DNA from: Vicugna vicugna
Lineage: Eukaryota
NCBI GenBank assembly: GCA_013265495.1
Contig: MU058257.1
Coordinates: 317,418-381,417 of the forward strand
DNA: 64,000 nt
Reading direction: 5' to 3'
Shown here: positions 1 to 10,282 of the stretch, piece by piece
Layout: every line of letters starts with the position of its first letter
How positions within the stretch are numbered: the stretch's first letter is position 1
Notes under the pieces: generated by a model
What the model saw: the letters and a program-made list of their open reading frames with translations, nothing else
Databases searched by the model: none
What the model was told of the DNA's origin: nothing
Made by a program: the position numbers and the translations under genes

Positions 1-2100
1 TAGGCAATTAAAGGAACTACTAACCCAAGCCCCAGCACTAGGCTTACCAGATGTAACACGAGAGTTTAATCTGTTTGTACATGAAAGAGACCAAACTGCT
101 CTTGGAGTCCTAACTCAGAATGTGGGGCCATGGCAGCGCCCTGTGGCTTATTTATCTAAAAGACTGGACCCTGTAGCATCAGGATGGCCACCCTGTTTAC
201 GGGCCCTCGCTGCCACAGCCCTCCTGGTCAATGAGGCAGACAAACTCACACTGGGACAGACTTTAAATGTAAAAGTGCCCCATTCTGTGGTGGCCCTGAT
301 GAATGGCCCAGGTTACAAATGGATAACTAACACAAGGATGACCCACTACCAGGGGCTTCTATGTGAAAATCCAAGAGTCCGTCTAGAGACTGTGCAAACC
401 TTAAACCCAGCCACATATTTGCCTGAAGGGGAAGGGCAGCCTGACCACAACTGCGAAGAAATCGTTGAAGAGGTGTATGCAAGCAGGCCTGATCTAACCG
501 ACAAGCCCCTGCAAAACCCAGACCTGGAACTTTTCACAGACGGCAGCAGTTACATGCAAGATGGACAACGGCGAGCAGGTTACGCTGTAACAACAACCCG
601 AGAGGTAATAAAGGCAGAGTCCCTTCCCCCAGGATGGTCTGCTCAGCGAGCAGAGATCTGGGCACTGGTCCAGGCACTAAGGGAAGGGAAAGGAAAACGA
701 GTCAATATATACACTGATTCCAAATATGCATTTGCAACCTTGCATGTACATGGAGCCATCTATAAGGAGAGAGGACTTTTGACTGCTGGGGGAAAAGAAA
801 TCAAAAACAAGAAATTTTACAGTTACTGGAGGCAGTATGGGATCCAAAGGAAGTGGCCGTTATTCACTGTAAGGAACACCAAAGAGAAAATGACCCTGCG
901 AGCCAGGGGAACAAGCTAGCTGATCAAAAGACAAGAGAAGCTGCCGCCTGGAAACACTCAGTAATTAAAGTTATGGCAGCGCCAGAGCTACCCACTGCCC
1001 CAGAATATAGTCACGACGAAAACAAGCGGGCACAGGCTGAACGAGGAGAGAAAGAAAAGGACGGATGGTGGATCATGACGGATGGAAGGGTTTTCATCCC
1101 AGAACGACTAGCTTATCGTTTAGTCCAACAACACAAAGCCACACATATGGAAAAAACGGCTTTGGAAGCCCTCTTAAAGCGATATTTCCTAATTTCTTGT
1201 CTCCCTACTCTATGTGCATCAGTTTCCCAACGCTGCTTGCTCTGTGCACAAAACAATCCAAAACAAGGGTTCACTGGGCCAACGGGAATACAGCGATGTG
1301 GACTGGCTTCCTTTGAAGATTTAGAAGTGGACTTCACTAAACTTGGGCCCAGTAAAAAATATAAGTACCTGCTGGTTTTCGTCTGCACCTTCACATGGTG
1401 GGTAGAGGCCTACCCCACCAGGACAGAGAAAGCAAGGGAAGTGACAAAGGCTCTTCTCAGGGATGTCATCCTCGATTTGGAATGCCTACCTCCATCGGGT
1501 CTGACAATGTGTCACAAAGACAATGCCTTTGTGTCAGAAATTGTACAGCAAGTGGCAAAGGCACTGAGCATCCGCTGGAACCTGCACACAGCATACCGGC
1601 CTCAAAGCTCAGAGAAGGTAGAACGAATGAACAGAACTCTAAAACAAATTATAGCTAAAATCAGCCAAGAAACCCAGCTCCCCTGGGTGGACATTCTACC
1701 CCTGGCTCTGTTGTGAATTAGATGCACCCCAAGATTTAATATTGGGTACTCTCCCTTTGAAATCCTCTATGGGCAACCACCACCTTTAGTCAGGATGAGA
1801 AACCCCACCCCAGAAATAGGAAATCTAGGGCTCCACCAACAACTGTTGGGACTAGGAAAAGTACTACGAGAAGTTTGGGGTTGGGTGATAGAGAAAACCC
1901 CCATTTCATTAGGGGTTCAAGTGCATCCCCATAAACCAGGTGACCAGGTATGGGTGAAGGATTGGAAAAAGGAACCTCTCAAACCAACATGGAAGGGACC
2001 ATATTTAGTGGTATTAACTACTCCTACAGCTGTTAAAGTTGCAGGAATCGTCCCTTGGATCCACCACTCCAGAGTCAAGAGAGCAAAAGACAGAGGGGGA
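1..2100 (+). pseudogene. Provirus A pol (RT connection, RNase H, integrase), disrupted
   Basis: RPVAYLSKRLDPVASGWPPCL; RNase H FTDGSS, AQRAE, YTDSKYAF; integrase CLLC, EVDFT, HTAYRPQSS.KVERMNRTLK, WKGPY, PWIHHSRVK. Frameshifts near 810 and ~1470-1520, and an in-frame TGA at 1714-1716. Confidence 0.93.
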
Positions 2101-2409
2101 AAATTGAGAGTGTCCCGGGAGACCCACTCAAGATCAAGATCAAGAGGGACCAGAAAAGGATCGACGAGCCCTGCTCTAGCCACACCCGGAAGCTGGCTAG
2201 TCAACGCACGGCCGAAGCTTGAGGAAAGCTCAACGCAGCTGTTACATATATTTCTTTTGTGCTCCCTTGCCTCCTTCCTTGTTTTCTATACCAGTCTGCG
2301 TACTAGCAGTGAGGCTAGCTAGCGCCGCCCCACCTGACTGGAACATAGGCCATAAAATCCTGATAGCTATTTTATATCTTCTTATAATTAGTGCCATCAC
2401 CGCAGCATC

Positions 2410-2958
2410 ATGTCTAAGATAATCATAAGGCTGATGTTACTAATGCTAATGTCCTCACTCTCCTTGGCTGTACAGTGCACCTGCATGGAACCGGGTGACA
2501 GGTGGTCCATATACCGGCCTGTATTTTCAGCTTAAAATGCTATGGCCGGCAAGCTGGTGTGCTGGACCAAGCAAACACATTATGGGATGAGTGATGGAGG
2601 AGGGGTACAGGACCAGGCACGCCGGCAAGCAGTCCAACAAGCAGTCCAGAGGCAAGGCAACANNNNNNNNNNNNNNNNNNNNNNNNNNNNNNNNNNNNNN
2701 NNNNNNNNNNNNNNNNNNNNNNNNNNNNNNNNNNNNNNNNNNNNNNNNNNNNNNNNNNNNNNNNNNNNNNNNNNNNNNNNNNNNNNNNNNNNNNNNNNNN
2801 NNNNNNNNNNNNNNNNNNNNNNNNNNNNNNNNTGCTTGCGTCCCCATCCAGCACCTGGCTTTACCTCTGACAAACCTCTCACTGTATAGGTCTAGGGTGC
2901 CAACCCACACAAAGATGGTGTTCTAATAACGGGACTTATTTTGTATGTGGCGTGGCGA
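2410..2958 (+). pseudogene. Provirus A env SU remnant with RD114/type-D (RDR) group motif
   Basis: ATG 2410 gives signal peptide MSKIIIRLMLLMLMSSLSLA, then VQCTCM, TAA at 2533-2535, and in the same frame VCWTKQTHYGMSDGGGVQDQAR. After the gap WCSNNGTYFVCG appears (SU C-terminal-like). TM is hidden in, or deleted at, the N gap. Confidence 0.85.
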
Positions 2959-3734
2959 NNNNNNNNNNNNNNNNNNNNNNNNNNNNNNNNNNNNNNNNNN
3001 NNNNNNNNNNNNNNNNNNNNNNNNNNNNNNNNNNNNNNNNNNNNNNNNNNNNNNNNNNNNNNNNNNNNNNNNNNNNNNNNNNNNNNNNNNNNNNNNNNNN
3101 NNNNNNNNNNNNNNNNNNNNNNNNNNNNNNNNNNNNNNNNNNNNNNNNNNNNNNNNNNNNNNNNNNNNNNNNNNNNNNNNNNNNNNNNNNNNNNNNNNNN
3201 NNNNNNNNNNNNNNNNNNNNNNNNNNNNNNNNNNNNNNNNNNNNNNNNNNNNNNNNNNNNNNNNNNNNNNNNNNNNNNNNNNNNNNNNNNNNNNNNNNNN
3301 NNNNNNNNNNNNNNNNNNNNNNNNNNNNNNNNNNNNNNNNNNNNNNNNNNNNNNNNNNNNNNNNNNNNNNNNNNNNNNNNNNNNNNNNNNNNNNNNNNNN
3401 NNNNNNNNNNNNNNNNNNNNNNNNNNNNNNNNNNNNNNNNNNNNNNNNNNNNNNNNNNNNNNNNNNNNNNNNNNNNNNNNNNNNNNNNNNNNNNNNNNNN
3501 NNNNNNNNNNNNNNNNNNNNNNNNNNNNNNNNNNNNNNNNNNNNNNNNNNNNNNNNNNNNNNNNNNNNNNNNNNNNNNNNNNNNNNNNNNNNNNNNNNNN
3601 NNNNNNNNNNNNNNNNNNNNNNNNNNNNNNNNNNNNNNNNNNNNNNNNNNNNNNNNNNNNNNNNNNNNNNNNNNNNNNNNNNNNNNNNNNNNNNNNNNNN
3701 NNNNNNNNNNNNNNNNNNNNNNNNNNNNNNNNNN

Positions 3735-4168
3735 CTGCTGGGCTAACTCATAAATCTGAAGTTTAGTGTCAGTCTATTGGGCTAACGAGCTCAGTCACAA
3801 ATCTAAGTGTGATAAGTGTCGGTTTACTGATATAAGTTCTGCCGGGCTAACTTGTAAATCTAAAGTTTAGTGTCAGTTTACTGGGCTAACAAGCTAACTC
3901 GTAAATCCAAGCTCAACAAGTGTCAGTAACGTGATCTGTTCCAAATTGATAAGCTCCAGTGTACTGATTCCTTGCTTTTTGTTGTTTGAACCTTATTGGC
4001 TAATAGCCCCATACTTGTAATTAACCCTATAAAATCTCATGTGCACGTCTTGGAGGTGCTCAGAGCTTCAGAGCAAAAGCCCCTCTGAGCCCGCCGGCGT
4101 AATAAATCTGAGTACTCCAACCCTCCGAGTGGTGCTTGTTTCTTGGCTGGCCTGTCATTTCCGTAACA
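3735..4168 (+). mobile_element. 3' LTR of provirus A (5' part in gap)
   Basis: U3 repeats, ATTGG at ~3995, CCTATAAAA at ~4026, AATAAA at 4101, ends TAACA at 4168. Confidence 0.8.
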
Positions 4169-4251
4169 ATGGCATGGTCAATTGAGTTTGGAGAATGCTA
4201 ACAAAAACAGATTTGGGGGCTGTAGGACTTATCAGAGCCTTTAATATGTCC

Positions 4252-4754
4252 TGTGAATGAAAAAATATTACCTGCCATATCAGTAAACAAAGGATGCTGT
4301 GGCCATCAAGTCATCAGCCACTACCTGTGATGCTGACATGAGCAGCGGCAACACAGGATAGAGACAAGCAGGCAGCTGGCCTCTGCTGCCACCCTCAGTG
4401 GCGCCTCCTAGGGAACTCAGGATGCACATAAACAGGATAATGGCTCTAGAAACTTAGGCGCACATTAAAGGAATGATTTCAATGAGCCCAGACTTTTATC
4501 TTACCATGAATAGAAAAGCACTAAAATCCTTAACTTGAGAGGTCTGATTTTCTTTAATTAACAGTCATCTTTTGATGTTCTGACTACCTGGTCTTTGTGG
4601 CAAAACTTCTATATACCCTGGCTCCTCCCCTGCCTCTTTGGCGCAGTCTCTTGGAGCAGTCTGAGAGGCTGCCTCTCGAGCCCGAGTGTTCAGAAAGTCT
4701 GCTGAATAAAACTTAACTCTCAACTTTTAGGTTGTGCTTTTTTTTCAGTTGACA
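4252..4754 (+). mobile_element. 5' LTR of provirus B
   Basis: TG...CA termini, TATA-like ctatata at ~4609, AATAAA at ~4705; aligns end to end with 14768-15262. Confidence 0.92.
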
Positions 4755-4758
4755 GTCT

Positions 4759-4776
4759 TGGTGACCACAGAAAGAC
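4759..4776 (+). promoter_or_regulatory. Primer-binding site, degenerate, closest to tRNA-Arg type
   Basis: TGGTGACCACAGAAAGAC 4 nt after the LTR; compare the Arg PBS TGGCGACCACGAAGGGAC (from memory). Confidence 0.6.
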
Positions 4777-5137
4777 CCAGAGCAAATTTCCGGCTTCGTC
4801 TGAGCTCTACAAGAATCCAGAGCCTTGGAACCAGCAAAGGCCTTTTGGGCCCATCTGTCTCCTCCATGAGTCCAGACAAATTTGGGTGAATCTCTCCTGG
4901 TTCTAGGATTTCCCATTATTGGCTGATTACCCTAAGTTTTTTTTGATGGTGTTAGACTCCTCTTTGGAAAAGTAGGTTATCCTTGAAATTCAGTTTCAAG
5001 AAGAGGTACCTGGGTTATCCTCAGTGAAAAGCACTGGGAAGATTTTGCTCAGTTTAGACACTGAATGGTAATATCCTCTGTTGAAAAGACTGGGAAGACT
5101 TTGAACTCTGAGTGAGGTTAGACTAGGTAATTAGAGA

Positions 5138-6405
5138 TGATGCAGGAAAATGGATGTGGGGTGTGAGGAGGGCCGTGTCCCAGGTCTCGATCGAGCCCCT
5201 GGGACATGCCCCATCAAGTGTGGGACCTTGGCTTTGTGCAGGAAAGAATTCAAGTGCGAGCCACCGCTGAGTAAAGGTAGATTTATGTAGAGAGATACAC
5301 ACTGCAGAGTGTAAGGCAAGAGAAAGGCAAGGAAAGAAGTGTGGGAACTGGGTGCTCAGGTTAAAGTAAAAGTAGGTACACACTCCACAGACGGAGTGCG
5401 GGCATTCTCTGAAGAGGAGGGAGCGATAAAGGGCACTAGGTGTGGTGTTGTCAGTTTTTATGGGCTCAGCAGCTCCACATGCCTACAGGTGGGACCATTT
5501 CAACTACCCTGGGGAGGGGGCTGGGAATCCCAGGAATTGGGCCACTACCCATTCTTTGGCCTTTTGGGGTCAGCCTTGGGGCTGTCATGGCACCTGCGGG
5601 CCTGTTACTGATCACACTGTTACAATGAGCATAAAATGAAACTCAAGGTCCACTAGAAGTCAAACGTCTTAATCCTCAAGGCCAACTGGGAGTTGTGAGA
5701 CAGGAAGGGGGCAAGGCACAGCTATTCAAGGAATGCTACAGCAGTTAACATCAAAATGATGAAAGATTCAACTCCCAGTCAGCCTTGAGGCTCAGGATGA
5801 TGAGAGATTTAACTTCTAGTAGATCTTGAGCTTCATTATAGGTTATTGTAATATATTAACATGGTGAATAACATGCCCACAGGAGCCGCCATGGCAGTCC
5901 CGAGGCTCGCCACAAAAAGTCAGAGGGGGAAATGGCCAACTTCCTGGGAACCCCAGCCCCTTCCCCAGGCTACTTAGACTGGTCCTTCCACTTATGAGCA
6001 TTTGAAGACATCAAGCCCATACAAACCAGCAACACAGCGCCTCATGGCAGCCCTCTCTCTCTCCCTCTTCAGAGACGGCTCACATTCTGTCTATGGAATG
6101 TGTGCCTACTTTTAATTTGAGCACCCAACCCCCACATCTCGTGGCCTTTTTCTTGCCTTTCAATGTATCTCTCTGAATAAATCTACCTTCACTCAATGGT
6201 GGCTCGCTCTTGAATTCTTTCCTGTGTGACGACAAGGACCCACATTTGGTGGGGCACGTCCCAGGGGCTCAACCGAGACCTGGGACACAGCCCTCCTTAT
6301 GCCCCACATCTGTCTTCCTGCATCAATTGAATCTCCCACCATTTTGGTGTTAAATTGCTGTCATCCATTGAATGCCTGTGGCCTGCCCCCTTCCATCCTG
6401 TCTCA
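5138..6405 (-). mobile_element. Solo LTR (antisense) in the provirus B leader, itself interrupted by a related LTR
   Basis: Plus strand reads TGATGCAGG... to ...TCCTGTCTCA, the reverse complement of the termini of the 5696-6325 LTR. The halves rejoin across the insertion (gccaactgggagttg|aatctcccacc). Confidence 0.85.
5696..6325 (+). mobile_element. Solo LTR (sense) inserted into the antisense LTR of the same family
   Basis: TGAGACAGG...TGCATCA termini, AATAAA at ~6176, TSD GTTG/ATTG. Confidence 0.88.
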
Positions 6406-6494
6406 GGGGGAAGACCGGCCTTTTCCTTGAATTGGCTACTTTTATAGAGTTTGTTGAAATAAAACTGAAATCTTATGAGAGCTTTTCAGCACTT

Positions 6495-7574
6495 ATGATA
6501 GGACTCTCCTCCTGGCCAGCAACAGGTGAAGGCCAGGGGTGAAGGCAAAGACCTCATGCCGTGCAGCTGTTCGTGTCGGGACACCCACTCATTTTAACTC
6601 AAGCTGGCCCTGTCAGGGATGCAAATAAGAACTGGCCGTCTGTAATCTCAGCACCCACAGTGGGCTTATACTCCCAAAGGGGAACTGAGACGCATAAGAG
6701 GCAGCTGAAAGTTTAGGAGTATAAAAGCAAACTAACAAACCAACTTCCCTGATGTGAAAACTGTTTGCTGATTCATTCTTTACTGAGAATTAACTTTAAC
6801 CCAGAGAAGGAGATAACAGGCTGATAATCTCAGAAGAATGGACAGATCCTGAAGAGTCATTGAGGTTAACAGGAATGGAACACCCTGTAAAACACCCTGA
6901 TTGTTATCACCTTTTCTATAAAACCTCAAGACCACCAACCCCATGATGGGCTCACAGACTTTAAGGTGTCGACTGAAATGAACGCGAGCCTAAAAGTTGA
7001 GAGTTACGTTTTATTTGGCAGGAGGACTCGAGCCGGGATGACAGCCTCTCAGATGGCGTTGAGGGACTGCTCTGAAAAGGTAGAGGAGGAGCTAAGATAT
7101 ACAGGAGCTTTACAACAGAGGCCAGGTAGCTGGAACAATAAAAGATTGCTTGTTATCTAAAGAAAACCAGGCATCTCAAGTTCAAGAATGTAGTGCTTTT
7201 CTATGTATGGGAGGAAGCAAACATTTGGGCTCATTGAATTCACTCCTTTGACAAGCACCTAGCTATCTAGGGCCAGTATCCTATCCTTTCTTATTCTGAG
7301 TCCCCTCAGAGGGCACCATCGTGAGTGGCTGCAGAGGCTGGGCTGCAGGCCTGTCTTCGCTGGAGGGTGGCAGCAGCGGCTGATGACTTGATGGCTTCAG
7401 CATTCTCTGTTTACTGATATGGTTTGCAGTATTTTTCTTTCATAAAGTCATTAGCCTGTTGTGACTCCCTTTGCCTGGCAAAACAATAAAGCTGTTCTTT
7501 TCTAGTTCTCCCAGAACTCTGCCTCTGAGTCTCAATTTGGCTGTGGGGGTACAGAGGCCAGTTTTCGGGCAATA
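6495..7574 (+). mobile_element. Solo LTR of a third family (boundaries approximate), interrupted at 6967-7444
   Basis: TATAAAA at ~6917, AATAAA at ~7485, U5-like end ttttcgggcaata. No clean TSD found. Confidence 0.6.
6967..7444 (-). mobile_element. Antisense solo LTR related to the provirus B LTRs
   Basis: Begins TGTCGACTGAAA, the reverse complement of the provirus B LTR end, and aligns along its length. TSD AAGG/AAGT. Confidence 0.88.
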
Positions 7575-7679
7575 AGAAGACTTGGGGGTAAAAACCCTAG
7601 AGGAAGTAGCTCTCATTCAGCACACTGGTCCATCACATGATCTTCGCTAGCGATTTTATTTCAACAAATTAACCTCAGA

Positions 7680-8983
7680 ATAGGAAATAAAGTTTTCAAA
7701 ACCAAAGAAAAAGGCATGACAGATTGCCAGGTTCCAGCTAACACCCCAGCCAGTTTCATGTACAATATATATAGAAATTACACTTGCAAATACTTACTTG
7801 ATTGGGGAAACAATACTAAAGGAGATCTCAACCTAAAATGGCCAAATTGGAGCTCTTTTGATTTTCCCAAACTAATTTTTTTTTGCATACACAGCTAGAA
7901 AAAAGCCAGCTGTAAGATCAAACAGACTGGAATGCTTATTTTGACTGGTATTTCGAAGCTTCTAAAAGGGAAAATGCTAAAGTAACTTCTTTGCAGGAAA
8001 CCAACAAAAGGTTGCTTGAATCAACATCAGAATTTTTAAAAGCAGCTAACAATAATCCTGCCTCTCCCTCTGCAACTCCTTTATCTCATCTTTCATCTGA
8101 ACTGCCTAACCCAAAGGCTCCCTCTCTCTCTCTTCCATCAGCCTGCTTCCGTGTGCTTTGCCTTCCCCAGTAAAGGACATAAAATCAGAAGTAATCATAG
8201 CCCCCTTTGAGGGGAAACCCACGATGGGAAGAGGCAAACTGTCCATGGTGCTTACACATTACACCCTGGCCCTGAACAGAACACAGAGCTTTAGCTAAGG
8301 AATTTCCTGAACCTGGCAAAGATCCACAAGGATTTGCTAAGGAATTTGAGCTAACTAACCATCAGAACATATGCTGGGGTTTTCAGATCTTTATCAATTA
8401 ATACAGCTATTAGTTTCTGGAAATAAACAAGGGAATGGATAGAGAAAGCAGGATGGAAAGGCTCCTTCCTTAATGGATTCTGATTTTCACAGCCTGCAGG
8501 CTCAAGCTGAATGCAAGGGATTAGCTCATACATTATCCCAGGGACTTTTCCAAAAGCTGCGGATTGGTCAAAGATTCAGCAACGTGAAAAAAGAGTGGAT
8601 GAATCAATTCCAGCTTATTATGAGAGGTTTGAGAAAACATTTAAACAATATTCAAGCATGACGCCTGAATCATTCTTCAGCCACCAAAATGACCCTTTAC
8701 TTAACTCTGCCTTTTTAGAAGGCACAGATGAGGAATTGGCTGCTCTAAGTAAAAGACACAATTTAGGTTGGTCTGCATTACATACAAACACCCTTGTCAC
8801 ACTGGCCAACCAACTTCCCAAAACTATTAGGAAGAAGGGAACGAATACATCTTTAAAAATTATGAAACTCCAGTTGTGTCAATTAAGTAATCAAGGTCAG
8901 TCGATAGGTAACAAACACGTGTCCAATCCATGATTGACAAAGAAGCCTAGTATTTGCTTTTACTATAAAACAAACTAGGCCAT
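7680..8983 (+). pseudogene. Provirus B gag (MA, CA, remnant of NC zinc knuckle), frameshifted
   Basis: PANTPASFMY...KWPNWSSFDFPKL (MA-like); FPKAADWSKIQQ..DESIPAYYERFEKTF (CA/MHR-like); degenerate CFY.K..GH at 8955-8983. Confidence 0.8.
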
Positions 8984-8984
8984 C

Positions 8985-9125
8985 GGGGGGAGGGTACAGC
9001 TCAGTGGTAGAGCAGGTGCCTAGCAAGCATGAGGTCCTGGGTTCAATCCCCAGTATCTCCATAGGTATGACTGAGACATCCTGTACATCGGAAATTGACA
9101 CATTGTAACTGACTATACTTCGATT
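8985..9125 (+). mobile_element. tRNA-derived SINE head fused to an L1-like 3' tail
   Basis: A box TACAGCTCAGTGG and B box GGTTCAATCCC, followed by gaaattgacacattgtaactgactatacttc, which matches the L1 3' ends at ~12450 and ~49800. Confidence 0.8.
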
Positions 9126-10155
9126 TTAAACCCTACCAAAATCAAAGGCTCCCTCCCTCAGAGTAACACTTCTGTGCAAATGGTGGGGGTTTCTAATGTG
9201 TCTCTTAAGCTTCTAGGTCATTACTTTAAGAATTTTACTTAGGAGAACTTCAAGGAAGATACTTCTTGAGAAAGTGCTCCTATTCAGCTAATAGGTACAG
9301 ATTTACTAGAAACTTACGAAGCCCACAGCTCTCCTACTTCTAAGGGAGAAATGTTTTTAGACCTAAAAGATCAATCAGAGTTTCTTCATCATATAATGTT
9401 TGTGACCCATGATGAAGGTGATGCTGAACAAGAAAAACTGTCAGGCTTAGTCCCTGAAGAATTATGGGCACTTGATCCTACTGATACAGGGAGACTATAT
9501 CCTGCATCACCCATTAAAATGATCATAGACCAGAATAAGCCTCCCTCCCCGATAGTCACAAATACCCAGTGAGACAAGAGGCTGTGGAGGCAATATCAGC
9601 TTACATCAGGAAAGGGCTTATGGTCCTCACACCAGCCCTTGTAACACTCCCATCCTGCCAGCTAAAAAACCTCATGGCAGAGGAGGGAGATTTGTACGAG
9701 ACTGGAGATGTGTCAATGCTATTTTAATTCCTCACCATTCAGCAGTACCCAACCCTCATACCTTCCTGTACTAGATCCCTAGAAATAGTGGCCTTGTTTC
9801 TGTGACAGATCTCTGCAGCGCAGTTTTTAGTATCCCTAGACATCCTGATGGCCAGTATCTTTGTGCCTTTGTTTGCCTTTGTTGCTGAATGAACAACATA
9901 TGTGGACTGTGATGCCACAGGGCTACACTAAAAGCCCCGTTTACCTTTCCCAGATATTAACAGCAGACTTAGATGATTTAGTTTTTCCTCAAAAATCAGT
10001 TTTTTTGATAGTGAACAACAGGAGGATATTTTAATACACCATTCTCAGTATTCAAAGAAAAAGCAGACAAAAAAACTGAGTATATAAAAGGAAAAAACAA
10101 CACAATTGACAAAAAATTTGAGCAACATAATTGACAGGCTTGATCTAGGAATACA

Positions 10156-10282
10156 GGGGGAGGGTATAGCTCAAGTGGTAGAGTGCATGCTTGGCATGCA
10201 CGAGGTCCTGGGTTCAATCCCCAGTACCTCCTTTAAAAATAAATAATAAACCTAATTACCCTCCCCATTCCCCCCCAAAAGA
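10156..10282 (+). mobile_element. tRNA-derived SINE (vic-1-like)
   Basis: GGGGAGGGTATAGCTCAAGTGGTAGAG...GGTTCAATCCCCAGTACCTCC with A-rich tail; related copies at 21057, 39780 and 45887. Confidence 0.88.

Larger units (their letters stand above)
1..4168 (+). mobile_element. Provirus A: 3' part of a class I (gammaretrovirus-like) ERV (pol, env remnant, 3' LTR); 5' part lies outside the window
   Basis: Pol motifs at 1-2100, env SU motifs at 2410-2958, and an LTR with TATA, AATAAA and terminal ...TAACA at 4168. Two N gaps interrupt env/LTR. Confidence 0.93.

Noticed and set aside
2527..3766. Long poly-X ORFs
   Set aside because: Artefacts of the N gaps; only the env-frame peptide next to the first gap is meaningful.
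3740..3930. Repeat-spacer-like pattern resembling CRISPR
   Set aside because: Mammalian LTR context; the spacers are themselves repeated and there are no cas genes.
10156..10230. tRNA-like sequences (also ~8985, ~21057, ~39780, ~45945)
   Set aside because: These are multi-copy SINE heads with tails, not tRNA genes.
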